A stretch of 51,537 nt of DNA from an uncultured Methanosarcinales archaeon (GTDB lineage: Archaea > Halobacteriota > Methanosarcinia > Methanosarcinales > Methanocomedenaceae): the NCBI GenBank assembly GCA_965370445.1, contig CBDUUM010000001.1, positions 1 through 51,537 of the forward strand, read 5' to 3'. Position numbers and translations under genes: made by a program. Each line of letters starts with the position of its first letter. Positions within the stretch are counted from its first letter, which is position 1. Of the stretch, positions 26,411 through 35,542 are shown one piece after another. Below the pieces are notes generated by a model that had not been told where the DNA came from, did not search any database, and saw nothing but the letters and a program-made list of their open reading frames with translations.

Positions 26411-26548
26411 TTAGACTGCTTCTACCCTTTTTACCAGGGTGGGTCTTTGTTTTATCAGTATGCGGTGTCCGCAATAAGGACATCGGATACCCATGGCCTC
26501 ATAGTCGATCTCGACCAGACGCTTACAACGGGTGCAGAAATATACCAT
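26411..26548 (-). CDS. rpoP: DNA-directed RNA polymerase subunit P (Rpo12), 45 aa, not in the ORF track
   Basis: [45 protein letters not shown] has the CxxC...CxxC zinc ribbon and sits at the canonical position after rpl37ae. Confidence 0.8.
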   Translation of the reverse strand: MVYFCTRCKRLVEIDYEAMGIRCPYCGHRILIKQRPTLVKRVEAV

Positions 26549-26571
26549 TTATCAGTTCACCTGTGAATTAT

Positions 26572-27069
26572 CTACAATGTATCGTCAGCAATATCCGTAG
26601 CTGTAGTATCTATTTCCGTTTCCACTTCAGTATCTACTACTGTATCTACTTGTGCATCCATTTCAACTTCTGCTTCAACATCAGTTGCAACTTCTGATAC
26701 AGCATCTACTTTAGTTTCCACTTCCTGAGTAGTCTCTTCGGCTTCAATGGTCCCGGGTGTGATACCTTCCAGTTCCTCATAGACAATGTCGGGTTCTGTT
26801 GCCTTCTTAACAGACCTTGCTGCAACAAGCCCTACAGATGTCTTTGGTACATATGTACCGCCTGAAAAAGTATAATCACATTTCTTACAGTTCCAGATAC
26901 CAGTATCGGTACGGCGGATTGCAATAATACCGCACCTTGGACATTTATATCCCTGTCTCATACGTTCTTCGATATCGGCAACCAGTTTCCGGTTCTTCCT
27001 GCCGTAACGGACCCCGAACCTGCCTGCTGACCGGGTCTTGTGACCTTTACGGGTATATTTTTTTGCCAT
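26572..27069 (-). CDS. rpl37ae: 50S ribosomal protein L37Ae (L43e) with a ~70-aa acidic C-terminal extension
   Basis: RFGVRYGRK...CPRCG...WNCKKC zinc ribbon in the first ~92 aa. The tail is rich in E/D/T/V. Confidence 0.9.
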   Translation of the reverse strand: MAKKYTRKGHKTRSAGRFGVRYGRKNRKLVADIEERMRQGYKCPRCGIIAIRRTDTGIWNCKKCDYTFSGGTYVPKTSVGLVAARSVKKATEPDIVYEELEGITPGTIEAEETTQEVETKVDAVSEVATDVEAEVEMDAQVDTVVDTEVETEIDTTATDIADDTL

Positions 27070-27073
27070 AATC

Positions 27074-27853
27074 CTAAATCTCCAGGAATTTTTCTCTCAT
27101 ATCCTGTGCCTTTTTACAGGCCACTTCTACTATGTGGTTGATCTGGTCCGGTGATAACGACCCATTGCCGCTCTTCTGCATGCCGGCAAGTGCGCCTTCC
27201 TGATTGGATATCACAGTTAACTTGGTGTTTGCGACCCTTTCTTCCTGAAGGGATGGGTCAAATACAATTCCGCCGCCTACATCCACAGCAGTTACAGATA
27301 CGGGTATATCCCTTATTGGTAACGGTGCATCTTCACCCAGTCCATAACGCTCTGCCGGAATTGTAGCTGTAAGCAATGCAGCTATCGAACCAAGTGCAGC
27401 AGCATCCATTATATTACCGCCATCATCCAACACATGTATGTCGATGAAAATCATCCAGACCTTTTCGCCCTCAGTAATGCACAGCTTCTTTAAATCTATT
27501 GCGCCGGATTCCCTGATGCCTCGATCAGTCACCCTGGCGAGTTCTACGGCATTCTCCCTGGGAGGGCCTGATTCGAATTCAGGGGATGCAAGAGGTATAA
27601 GTTCCAGGCTGGTAATTAACACGCCTACATCAGGTGTATCAGGGAAAGGAGTTCCCGGGCTGATCTTTACACCGGCAATTAATTTAGTATCGCCAATTTC
27701 CACACGGGCCGAACCTTCTGCCTTTGCTATTACACCAGTTTCAATCTTAATTTCCCTGGTCTCGTCAAACGCCCGGCCGTCTGCACGCTCACCCTTCAGC
27801 ATTAGATTATACAGTTGGTCCTTCTGGATTATTGAAACTATTTCCTTATTCAT
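27074..27853 (-). CDS. rrp42: Exosome complex component Rrp42
   Basis: RNase PH-like: [13 protein letters not shown]...AEGSARV. I prefer the start at MNKEIV (27853), which overlaps the rrp41 stop by 8 nt. The track start at 27898 is probably too far upstream. Confidence 0.85.
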   Translation of the reverse strand: MNKEIVSIIQKDQLYNLMLKGERADGRAFDETREIKIETGVIAKAEGSARVEIGDTKLIAGVKISPGTPFPDTPDVGVLITSLELIPLASPEFESGPPRENAVELARVTDRGIRESGAIDLKKLCITEGEKVWMIFIDIHVLDDGGNIMDAAALGSIAALLTATIPAERYGLGEDAPLPIRDIPVSVTAVDVGGGIVFDPSLQEERVANTKLTVISNQEGALAGMQKSGNGSLSPDQINHIVEVACKKAQDMREKFLEI

Positions 27854-28838
27854 TGGAACTCTCCTCCTCACTCTCATCCATTTGACCGTCGGTCTCATCA
27901 GCGTTTTCTACAGTATCGGGAACCTCTTCGCTGGAATCTTCCGACTCCTCCACGTCTCCTGCCTTTACGGTATCTTCAGTTTCTTCGGCATCTCCGGTTT
28001 CGTTGGTATCGTCAATTTTTTCGGTATCTTCTGTTACCTCAACCGGAGTGACGTCTTCGGGTTCCTCTGGTACATCTTCCTTGACATCCTCTGCAGCAGT
28101 GACCTCAGTGCTCGACACCTCTGTTTTCTTAGCATAATAATCGATCAGTGCCTTCCTTTGCATTTCATATACCTGCCTGCACCCTTCCTGTGCCATTTCC
28201 AGGCCCTGCCTGAACTCCTCTTCAGTAAGGTGACCGTCCATCTGGAGCAGTGTGATCTTGCCGTCTGGTGTCATTGCTATAGGCATATCTGCCTGGCCGT
28301 AATTGTCCTCATCCTTGTTCAAATCCAGGACAAGAGTATCATCGACCTTTCCGACAGCACACGCTGAGACCAGTGACCTCATCGGGATTCCTGCATCTGC
28401 CAGGGCAATGGATGCTGCATTAAGGGCCGCCGTCCTCGTACCTGCATCTGCCTGCAGGACCTCCACAAAAATATCTATTGCAGATTTAGGGAAATATTCA
28501 GTGAATACCTGGTCCTCAAGAGCTTCACGGCTTACCTTTGAAACTTCGATACTGCGGCGGTCAGGCCCGGGACGCTTGCGGTCCTCTACCGAAAAGGAAG
28601 CCATATTATACTTATACCTTACAATAGCCCTATTGGATTTTTGCTGGTGCCTGGGGTGTACTTCCCTTGGACCGTAAACTGCTGCCATTACCTTATTTTT
28701 ACCGAATTCAAGATAACACGAACCATCAGCCCGGCTCAATACGCCGACCTCGATTTTAACATCCCTTATCTCGTTGGCCCGCCTTCCGTCAGAACGAATG
28801 CCATTTTCATCTATGAACTTTTCTGGTTTGTCTGTCAT
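27846..28838 (-). CDS. rrp41: Exosome complex exonuclease Rrp41 with a ~95-aa acidic C-terminal extension
   Basis: [11 protein letters not shown]...[10 protein letters not shown]...DAGTRTA RNase PH motifs. The tail from about aa 235 is E/D/T-rich. Confidence 0.9.
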   Translation of the reverse strand: MTDKPEKFIDENGIRSDGRRANEIRDVKIEVGVLSRADGSCYLEFGKNKVMAAVYGPREVHPRHQQKSNRAIVRYKYNMASFSVEDRKRPGPDRRSIEVSKVSREALEDQVFTEYFPKSAIDIFVEVLQADAGTRTAALNAASIALADAGIPMRSLVSACAVGKVDDTLVLDLNKDEDNYGQADMPIAMTPDGKITLLQMDGHLTEEEFRQGLEMAQEGCRQVYEMQRKALIDYYAKKTEVSSTEVTAAEDVKEDVPEEPEDVTPVEVTEDTEKIDDTNETGDAEETEDTVKAGDVEESEDSSEEVPDTVENADETDGQMDESEEESSNE

Positions 28839-28874
28839 TTACAATTCCTCTCTTTCCTCTCTCAACTCAATCAA

Positions 28875-29588
28875 TCAGTCCAGTAGTTCATCCAAAATCT
28901 CTGAACCTGCCGGTTTCACTGTTTCTGGTTCTTTTTCCACATCTCCTTTTAAAAAACCACTTATCCGATTAGTGAGTCCATCAATATGAGCTTCATTTTC
29001 AATAATCTGTATCGCTTCTATAGCCTTATCCATATCGCGGTCTTTGCCAGTTATCCAGATAACTCCGTTCTGGCCCACAATGATATCGCAGTTAGTCTCC
29101 TTTTTCAACATAGATATCATGGATCCATTTCTCCCGATCATCCTTGGCACTATTACTGCTGAGACCTGGACAATCCTTCCACTGGTTATAGGTCTTAACT
29201 TGTTGTTCCTCATTGTTAGTTCTACTTTCATGGAACGTGAAACATTCTTAACCATAACGAGCACGGATGAACCAACATCCAGGTATTTAACCATGTCAGA
29301 GGAATCAATGCGTCTTGGATATTCAGACACATTAAGCAGCCCATCATATGGTGATTTGATATCCATTATCCAGTTCGAAAACGTAATCTCACTCACAGTG
29401 GCCACAATCAAATCCCGATCCTGCGGAATATATTTCCCTGATAAGGAAACCACCCGTATCTTATCCTTTTCACTTGCAAGTCCGTAAAGATTTGAATAAA
29501 CCTTTCCTTCACTCACAAAGGTGCCATCTCCTGCTTTCTTGATATCGTCAGAAAGAAAATCGCCAGGCACCACAATGTGTTTATCCAT
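28875..29588 (-). CDS. rrp4: Exosome RNA-binding subunit Rrp4 (S1 + KH)
   Basis: VVPGD start, S1 region, and KH motif IGRNGSMISMLK. Confidence 0.85.
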   Translation of the reverse strand: MDKHIVVPGDFLSDDIKKAGDGTFVSEGKVYSNLYGLASEKDKIRVVSLSGKYIPQDRDLIVATVSEITFSNWIMDIKSPYDGLLNVSEYPRRIDSSDMVKYLDVGSSVLVMVKNVSRSMKVELTMRNNKLRPITSGRIVQVSAVIVPRMIGRNGSMISMLKKETNCDIIVGQNGVIWITGKDRDMDKAIEAIQIIENEAHIDGLTNRISGFLKGDVEKEPETVKPAGSEILDELLD

Positions 29589-29630
29589 TTTTTATAACCT
29601 CAACCTGATAATCTTGTAATAATTCGAATT

Positions 29631-30332
29631 TCATTTAAGGATCTTTATATCTGCATTTCCTTTGGTCAGGTGATTAACCAGACCGAACAGGTCATCCTGT
29701 AAACCTGCAGGTATTGTGACCACGCCAATCCACGAACCATCCTTTTGCCATTCCTCTTTTGTGAGTGTGCCGAATTTAGATAAAGGACCATAAGCTTTCG
29801 GGGCATAATCCGTACCGATCTTTATTGCGATACTGATCTCTTCAAAACGTATAGGGATTATTGGGCGTATCGCCTTCATCACGATATTCACCTGGTCATC
29901 CACGCTCTTCATGGCATCAATATGCACACCCGCCTCTTCCATGGCATGTTCGATCCTCATAGGCGGATGCGGGGTCTTGGTCTGGGGATTAATGGCATTG
30001 GCAGCGATTATGCTGATTATCTGGCGTTTTTTGTCTTCAAGTATCTTTTTCCGCTGCTCTGTTGTCAGGTGTATCTCACCATGCAGGATGATCTGCCTGG
30101 CAATTTCAAATGTATCCTGTGTCTTGAATGTATTATCAATATCCTTTTCTGCAGGACGGTCGCCCTTACTGGCATCTTCAAAAACGTCTTCAACTGCCAG
30201 TATCTTTTCCATGTCTATCTCTTCACCCCTTTTCATAGAAAAAGCTGCATCCGGGTCTACATATACTTCGAACTGCTTCCCACCTTTCTTAAGCCTGGCA
30301 ATTACGGCATTATCCAGTGTGACCATGATCAA
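29631..30332 (-). CDS. sdo1: SBDS-family ribosome maturation protein
   Basis: The ARLKKGGKQFEV.VDP N-terminal FYSH domain pattern, plus its conserved position between psmA and rrp4. Confidence 0.85.
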   Translation of the reverse strand: MIMVTLDNAVIARLKKGGKQFEVYVDPDAAFSMKRGEEIDMEKILAVEDVFEDASKGDRPAEKDIDNTFKTQDTFEIARQIILHGEIHLTTEQRKKILEDKKRQIISIIAANAINPQTKTPHPPMRIEHAMEEAGVHIDAMKSVDDQVNIVMKAIRPIIPIRFEEISIAIKIGTDYAPKAYGPLSKFGTLTKEEWQKDGSWIGVVTIPAGLQDDLFGLVNHLTKGNADIKILK

Positions 30333-30356
30333 ACCAACAATTTGTATTGAGATCGG

Positions 30357-31178
30357 TTATTCTTTCCCGGTCTCTTCTTCGGTTATCTCTTCACTTTCAA
30401 CATCTTCAACAGTTCCGGTTTCTTCTTCACTTTCAGCATCTTCTTCCTTTGAATGGGCTTCCAGTATCACATTGACATAATCGGCAACTTCTTCGGAACT
30501 GAGTTTCTTGAACTGCTTGGTCTCAAGTTCAACCACACCTACCTCAATGGTAGAAGCATCAAACTTGTCCTCTGTTGTATTATGAAGAGCTTCCAGACCA
30601 AGTAAAATTGCGTCCGTGAGCTTGATGTCATCGGTATACTTCTCTTCAAAGACTTCCATCACCTCGGCCCGGCCTGCACCTATTCCGGTAGCTTTGTATT
30701 CAAGCAGGGCACCGCTGGGGTCGGTCTCGAAGAGCCTTGCCACACTATCATCCACACCGGCGATCAATAATGCCGTTCCAAAGGGCCTGACGCCGCCGTA
30801 CTGGGTATAAGTCTGCTTAAAATCACAGATCTTCTTAGCCAGTACTTCCACGCCAATGGGCTCATCATACGATACTTTATTGATCTGGGACTCTACCCGC
30901 GCCCTGTCGATCAGTGCCCTGGCATCAGCCACAAGACCAGATGTGGCTGCACCCATATGATCATCTATCTGGAATATCTTTTCAATAGAATCAGCTTCAA
31001 GTAATTTACTTGTTATTCGTTTATCTACAAGCAGTACAACGCCGTCTACTGCTTTTACTCCTATTGCCGTTGTTCCGCGTTTGACAGCTTCCCTGGCATA
31101 TTCCACCTGGAACAACCTGCCGTCAGGACTAAAAACCGTTATCGCCCTATCATATCCCATTTGAGGTGCCATCTGCAT
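30357..31178 (-). CDS. psmA: Proteasome alpha subunit (acidic C-terminal tail)
   Basis: [21 protein letters not shown] signature. The start overlaps the pop5 stop by 1 nt. Confidence 0.92.
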   Translation of the reverse strand: MQMAPQMGYDRAITVFSPDGRLFQVEYAREAVKRGTTAIGVKAVDGVVLLVDKRITSKLLEADSIEKIFQIDDHMGAATSGLVADARALIDRARVESQINKVSYDEPIGVEVLAKKICDFKQTYTQYGGVRPFGTALLIAGVDDSVARLFETDPSGALLEYKATGIGAGRAEVMEVFEEKYTDDIKLTDAILLGLEALHNTTEDKFDASTIEVGVVELETKQFKKLSSEEVADYVNVILEAHSKEEDAESEEETGTVEDVESEEITEEETGKE

Positions 31179-31735
31179 TATACATCAATCTCCTTATTTT
31201 TAATATCAAAAACCGTAATACCAAAATATCTGGTATTAGAACGATTTAGTATTTCTAAAGAATGTGGGTCCTCTGACAACAAATCAATTTCGTTATTATT
31301 CCGGTTTACTATTTTGCCGGAAATAGTCCCCACATCTATGATCATCTTACTTTCTTTTATTGTTTGGGTTCTTTTTCTCTCAGGTTCGGGCTCATTTATG
31401 TCTTGCGTTAGTAAATACTTTTCTGTCGCTCCCCTAACGGTTCCCGATACACCCAGTACCTTTATCCTGCTCCGCATCCCTTTTATAGATGTTACGGTTG
31501 CAAGCACAGCCCTTGTTTCCCATATCTTATCCACCCTACACTGGATTATACCTTTATTATCCTCAAACGACAGAAGACGGATACCCATTTCACTGCTCCC
31601 TGCATCTCCGAGAAGTGTCGCTGCACAAAAGAGTATTTCATTTATGAGGTCCCGCCTTGGTATGTCCCCTTCTGATGTTACGGAAATGGCCAGATACCTG
31701 TTCGATTCTCTCAAAGTAGGGGGCAGGACCTTCAT
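31178..31735 (-). CDS. rnp2: RNase P protein component Pop5 (Rnp2) with a ~60-aa C-terminal extension
   Basis: LPPTLRE.NRYL...LLG..G......L..F.......I.RC pattern in the first ~120 aa. An extra AT-rich tail follows. Confidence 0.7.
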   Translation of the reverse strand: MKVLPPTLRESNRYLAISVTSEGDIPRRDLINEILFCAATLLGDAGSSEMGIRLLSFEDNKGIIQCRVDKIWETRAVLATVTSIKGMRSRIKVLGVSGTVRGATEKYLLTQDINEPEPERKRTQTIKESKMIIDVGTISGKIVNRNNNEIDLLSEDPHSLEILNRSNTRYFGITVFDIKNKEIDV

Positions 31736-32451
31736 TGTATCACTTCCACTCCATCCATAATGCGGTTGTTATTCCGGTTCCTGTTAATAATAGAGCCGGG
31801 TACCGTTGATAGTGCATGTAATGCTTCTTCCCGGGTCATACCCATTAGCATTCCCAGTGCTATCATCTCCCTGGGTCCGCGCAGGTCATAGTGTGACCTG
31901 GCATTACTGGTGATGACCATAGGTGCGTCAAATTTACGTGCCAGCCTGGCATTCTGCCTGGTGGCAGTGAGTATCCTGACCCTGCTGCCCCCCCGGTGCC
32001 ATATCAGGGCATCTATATTGAAATCAATGGCCACGCCGTTATCTGCCGCCGCTTTAGATAATACATGGTTCAGGGGTTTACCTTGGGATGCAGGGTGGGC
32101 AAGTATATCTACGCGCCCATTCTCCACAGCCCCGCGATTTATGTCCTCGTTCCCCCCGCTGACACTGATGATATCCACTTTATTTTCTGACCTGTTTATA
32201 TATTTGTTCAGTTTGGATACATTATCCGCTTGGATCTCGATTCCGGTATATATCTCAAAATCCATGGGCATTGGCATGGTGATGTCAGTACCACCAAACG
32301 TATTGGCAGGGTTTATAGAGGTCAGGCAGATGCCTGAATATCCCATATCTTTTGCTTCCAGTATCATCCTTGATGGGGAGTCTGCATAGTCAGGCAGTGT
32401 ATGGACGTTAAGGTCATAGAAGTTCGAACTCTTTATTATGCCCATGATCAT
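31732..32451 (-). CDS. rnp3: RNase P protein component Rpp30 (Rnp3)
   Basis: TIM-barrel/PHP-like protein of 239 aa. Sits at the conserved position upstream of pop5 with a 4-nt overlap. Confidence 0.75.
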   Translation of the reverse strand: MIMGIIKSSNFYDLNVHTLPDYADSPSRMILEAKDMGYSGICLTSINPANTFGGTDITMPMPMDFEIYTGIEIQADNVSKLNKYINRSENKVDIISVSGGNEDINRGAVENGRVDILAHPASQGKPLNHVLSKAAADNGVAIDFNIDALIWHRGGSRVRILTATRQNARLARKFDAPMVITSNARSHYDLRGPREMIALGMLMGMTREEALHALSTVPGSIINRNRNNNRIMDGVEVIQ

Positions 32452-32906
32452 TCTCCCTCGCCTAAAAGTGACCGGGCGATCTGTATCGCTTTATCGGCCC
32501 TGGCCGGATAAGCTTTTATTTTCATCCGTACAAGGATGGAATCGGATTTTGTAGTCGTCATCAATTTGCCCAGATATGCTTCCTGCTTATTAAACCTGAT
32601 GTACAGGTTGCAGTCATCATCCACTCGATTTTCCAGTTCGGCTGCAAGCCGGGAAATACCTGCAGGCCCCAAGTGTTCCCTGATACGATCAAACACATAC
32701 TGGCAGTCTTTGTTCCGTTTAAACTCGGCCTCCATCACGATAATGGGGTTGCCGTGGTATCCTGTTGTGATGGTCTCATGCACGCTGGTTGTATCTTTTT
32801 TTCCGGATTGTCCCGGAGGTGGGAGAAGTAGCTTCAGGGCTGATCGTACTTTTTCCGGGTCTTCCGTGGCCTGTGCACTTGTGCGCAGATGGATATAATG
32901 AATCAT
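32448..32906 (-). CDS. Predicted exosome-associated RNA-binding protein (COG1325/DUF54-like)
   Basis: The N-terminus IHLRTSAQATEDPEKV and the location between rpl15e and Rpp30 match the conserved superoperon gene. Confidence 0.5.
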   Translation of the reverse strand: MIHYIHLRTSAQATEDPEKVRSALKLLLPPPGQSGKKDTTSVHETITTGYHGNPIIVMEAEFKRNKDCQYVFDRIREHLGPAGISRLAAELENRVDDDCNLYIRFNKQEAYLGKLMTTTKSDSILVRMKIKAYPARADKAIQIARSLLGEGE

Positions 32907-32992
32907 TCCTGCATCTAATTTTCATTTAAAGTACAATAAATTGCCCGCTATAAGAGATAGTTGACCGGGCAATCAGGTTTGTTTAAAACCTG

Positions 32993-33022
32993 AAAAAAAT
33001 GATGTGAGGTCACAGACCTCAC
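32993..33022 (-). terminator. Hairpin plus T7 immediately after the rpl15e stop
   Basis: Minus strand: GTGAGGTC-TGT-GACCTCAC (8-bp stem, overlapping the TGA stop), then ATCA + T7. Confidence 0.45.
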
Positions 33023-33609
33023 TTACCTAAATTACCGCGTGACCTTATGCTGGGCCTAGTCTTTTCAGTACCTTTGCCGCGTTTGCGCTGGCCTCTGCCC
33101 TTTGTTCCGGCACTTGTCTTGCCCCTGAAGACCCGTCCTTTCTGGTTGGGATGGCATAGCCAGTTCAATTTGGGGTCGTTCTTGATGACCGGATGTGACG
33201 TGTCCACCATGATGATCTCGTACCATTTGTGTTTACCGTCCTCGCCTACCCAGTATGAGTTGAGCACTTGCAGGTTGGGGAATTTGCGTCCTGCCCGCTC
33301 TTCTGCAATGCGCTGGATGCTCTTGCCGCGGGTGATCTTGCTCATACCCATACGCTTGGTCCGGCGGCCCCTGATATATCGTGATTTCCGGGCACTGCCC
33401 CGCCTGATACCGGCCCTGACCATGACTATACCCTGCTTGGCCTTGTAGCCCAGGCTGCGGGCGCGGTCAAGCCGTGTGGGTTTGTCTATTCTCTGTACTG
33501 AGGCTTCACGTCTCCATTCCTGGAGCCTGTGCCATCTGAGTTCGTGTACATATGTTGAGTCAGGTTTCTTCCAGGCATCCCTGATATGACTATACATTGA
33601 TTTTGCCAT
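33019..33609 (-). CDS. rpl15e: 50S ribosomal protein L15e
   Basis: [12 protein letters not shown]...[15 protein letters not shown]...YWVGEDG.HKW.E is the L15e signature. Confidence 0.92.
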   Translation of the reverse strand: MAKSMYSHIRDAWKKPDSTYVHELRWHRLQEWRREASVQRIDKPTRLDRARSLGYKAKQGIVMVRAGIRRGSARKSRYIRGRRTKRMGMSKITRGKSIQRIAEERAGRKFPNLQVLNSYWVGEDGKHKWYEIIMVDTSHPVIKNDPKLNWLCHPNQKGRVFRGKTSAGTKGRGQRKRGKGTEKTRPSIRSRGNLGK

Positions 33610-33914
33610 GTTTCGTTATCTCCTAATTAGTTTCCAGGTTTCACGGTTCAGCCCTTGAAGGGGCTACATTCCTGCGGGACGTATCCCGCCTATGAAACTG
33701 GCATGTAGTGAGAGAATTATAGATACCTTAATGGGTAATAAAGGTTGGGGATGGAATTTGGTACCACACACTGCCTCACAATCTACTGAAAAAATAGTAC
33801 GCTCGTTTGCGCTTCGGGCTGTGGCTGCCGATACTCAGGAACTCGGCACAGCACTTCTCAAGGTGAAATAACCCCACTAAAAAAAACCAAGGCATCCTCA
33901 AGTCCTGACCGGAC

Positions 33915-34946
33915 TCAGAAATACCCTTTCTTATGCATCAACTCGGCATTCAGCACACTGGCACCTGCCGCGCCCCGAATAGTATTGTGTCCCATCACTA
34001 TGTACCTGATACCTTCCCGTATCCGGCCCACAGACACACTCATGCCGTTGCCGGCATTCCTGTCCAGCCTGGGCTGGGGTCTGTCAGGTTCATCCCTCAC
34101 GATAATCGGGTTCTCAGGCTCGGTGGGCAGGTCTGAAATTCCAGGGTCAAAGTCCAGAAACGCTTGGCGCACCTGTTCGGGTGTAGGGTCATCCGCCATG
34201 CCAGCCCACAATGCCTCCAGGTGCCCGTCCATCACAGGCACACGGTGACAGCTTGCACTGATATTAAAATCAGCAGGGATTACCTGGCTGCCGTCGAACT
34301 CGCCAAGGAGCTTCAGAGGTTCACTCTCCACCTTCTCCTCCTCACCGCCGATATAGGGCACCACATTCTCTAGTATAGCCATACCAGGGATGCCGTCAAA
34401 ACCCGCACCCGAAATGGCCTGCATGGACGCAATATTCACATTCTCAAGCCCGAACTGCATAAGGGGCTTCAGTGTCAAAGTGAACATGATTGTAGTGCAA
34501 TTAGGATTTGTCACGATACATCCGTCCCAGCCGCGGTTGTCGCGCTGTACATCGATCAGCCCCAGGTGCTCCGGGTTGACCTCAGGGATCATCAGAGGTA
34601 CATCTGCCTCCTTCCGAAACGCTCCTGCATTGCTGGCAACCACACAGCCCGCCTTGACAAAATCAGCTTCCACTTTCTTTGCGAAGTCCGCCGGCAGTGC
34701 AGAGAACACAAGGTCAGCATCCACTGCTCCAACATCAACCGGTACCACTTCGACATCGGCTGCTTCTTCAGGCATCTGTGACTCCAATCGCCAGTTGGCA
34801 GCGTCACGGTATTTCTTTCCTGCAGAACGCTCCGAGGCTGCCAGGGCAGTGATCTCGAACCAGGGATGTCTGGCAAGAGCCTCAACAAACCTCTGTCCTA
34901 CTGCTCCTGTTGCACCTAATACAGCTGTTTTGATTGTTTCAGTCAT
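33915..34946 (-). CDS. asd: Aspartate-semialdehyde dehydrogenase (archaeal type)
   Basis: VLGATGAVGQRF, active-site TNPNCTT, CHRVPVMDGH. Confidence 0.9.
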   Translation of the reverse strand: MTETIKTAVLGATGAVGQRFVEALARHPWFEITALAASERSAGKKYRDAANWRLESQMPEEAADVEVVPVDVGAVDADLVFSALPADFAKKVEADFVKAGCVVASNAGAFRKEADVPLMIPEVNPEHLGLIDVQRDNRGWDGCIVTNPNCTTIMFTLTLKPLMQFGLENVNIASMQAISGAGFDGIPGMAILENVVPYIGGEEEKVESEPLKLLGEFDGSQVIPADFNISASCHRVPVMDGHLEALWAGMADDPTPEQVRQAFLDFDPGISDLPTEPENPIIVRDEPDRPQPRLDRNAGNGMSVSVGRIREGIRYIVMGHNTIRGAAGASVLNAELMHKKGYF

Positions 34947-34988
34947 TGGCCAAGTTCCGGAAAAAGTAAAAAAATTAAATTTTGATCA

Positions 34989-35162
34989 TTAATTCGATGA
35001 AATTGCGGCAGTTGGACATGCATCTACGCACAATCCGCAATCAGTGCACTCATCACTGATAACCGCAATGTCATCGTCATTCATTGAAATGGCTTCCTGT
35101 GGACATTCATCCACGCAGGTTCCACATCCTACACATTCATCTATATCTACTTTCACTGGCAT
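34989..35162 (-). CDS. 2x[4Fe-4S] ferredoxin (57 aa), not in the ORF track
   Basis: [57 protein letters not shown] has two CxxCxxCxxxCP motifs. Confidence 0.8.
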   Translation of the reverse strand: MPVKVDIDECVGCGTCVDECPQEAISMNDDDIAVISDECTDCGLCVDACPTAAISSN

Positions 35163-35223
35163 GTTTTTTTTCTCAAACCAGGCACGTTGATATGTTGGCC
35201 GATTTGAAAATATATCTGTGTGC

Positions 35224-35403
35224 CTATTCTTCTAACGAAATTGCTTCAGTGGGACATGCATCCACACACATTCCACAATCTGTACACTCGTCCGCATTTA
35301 CCACAGCAATATCATTATCGTTCATTGAGATGGCTTCTGCAGGGCATTCATCCACACATGTTCCGCATCCTGTACATTCATCAACATTTACTTTTGCTAC
35401 CAT
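35224..35403 (-). CDS. 2x[4Fe-4S] ferredoxin (59 aa), a paralog of the previous one, not in the ORF track
   Basis: [66 protein letters not shown] lies upstream of the ATG. Confidence 0.8.
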   Translation of the reverse strand: MVAKVNVDECTGCGTCVDECPAEAISMNDNDIAVVNADECTDCGMCVDACPTEAISLEE

Positions 35404-35542
35404 ATAATTTCTCTCCTTTCATGCCCGGTATATAAATCCAGGTCAGGAATAACAAAATGAAGAGATAAAATAAATACCTTACGATTATTAACCAGCATTC
35501 ATCAGGAAGGCATTTAACTAAAACCTCTCATAAGTGAAGTGA

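Noticed and set aside
27438-28367. 309-aa plus-strand ORF, together with similar long antisense ORFs (16958-17419, 22945-23520, 25648-26181, 31161-31760, 34390-34992, 36891-37685, 40424-40855, 48442-49011)
   Set aside because: Each is antisense to a gene with unmistakable family motifs (rrp41/rrp42, moeA, pfdB, pop5, asd and others) and has a serine/low-complexity composition typical of shadow ORFs.
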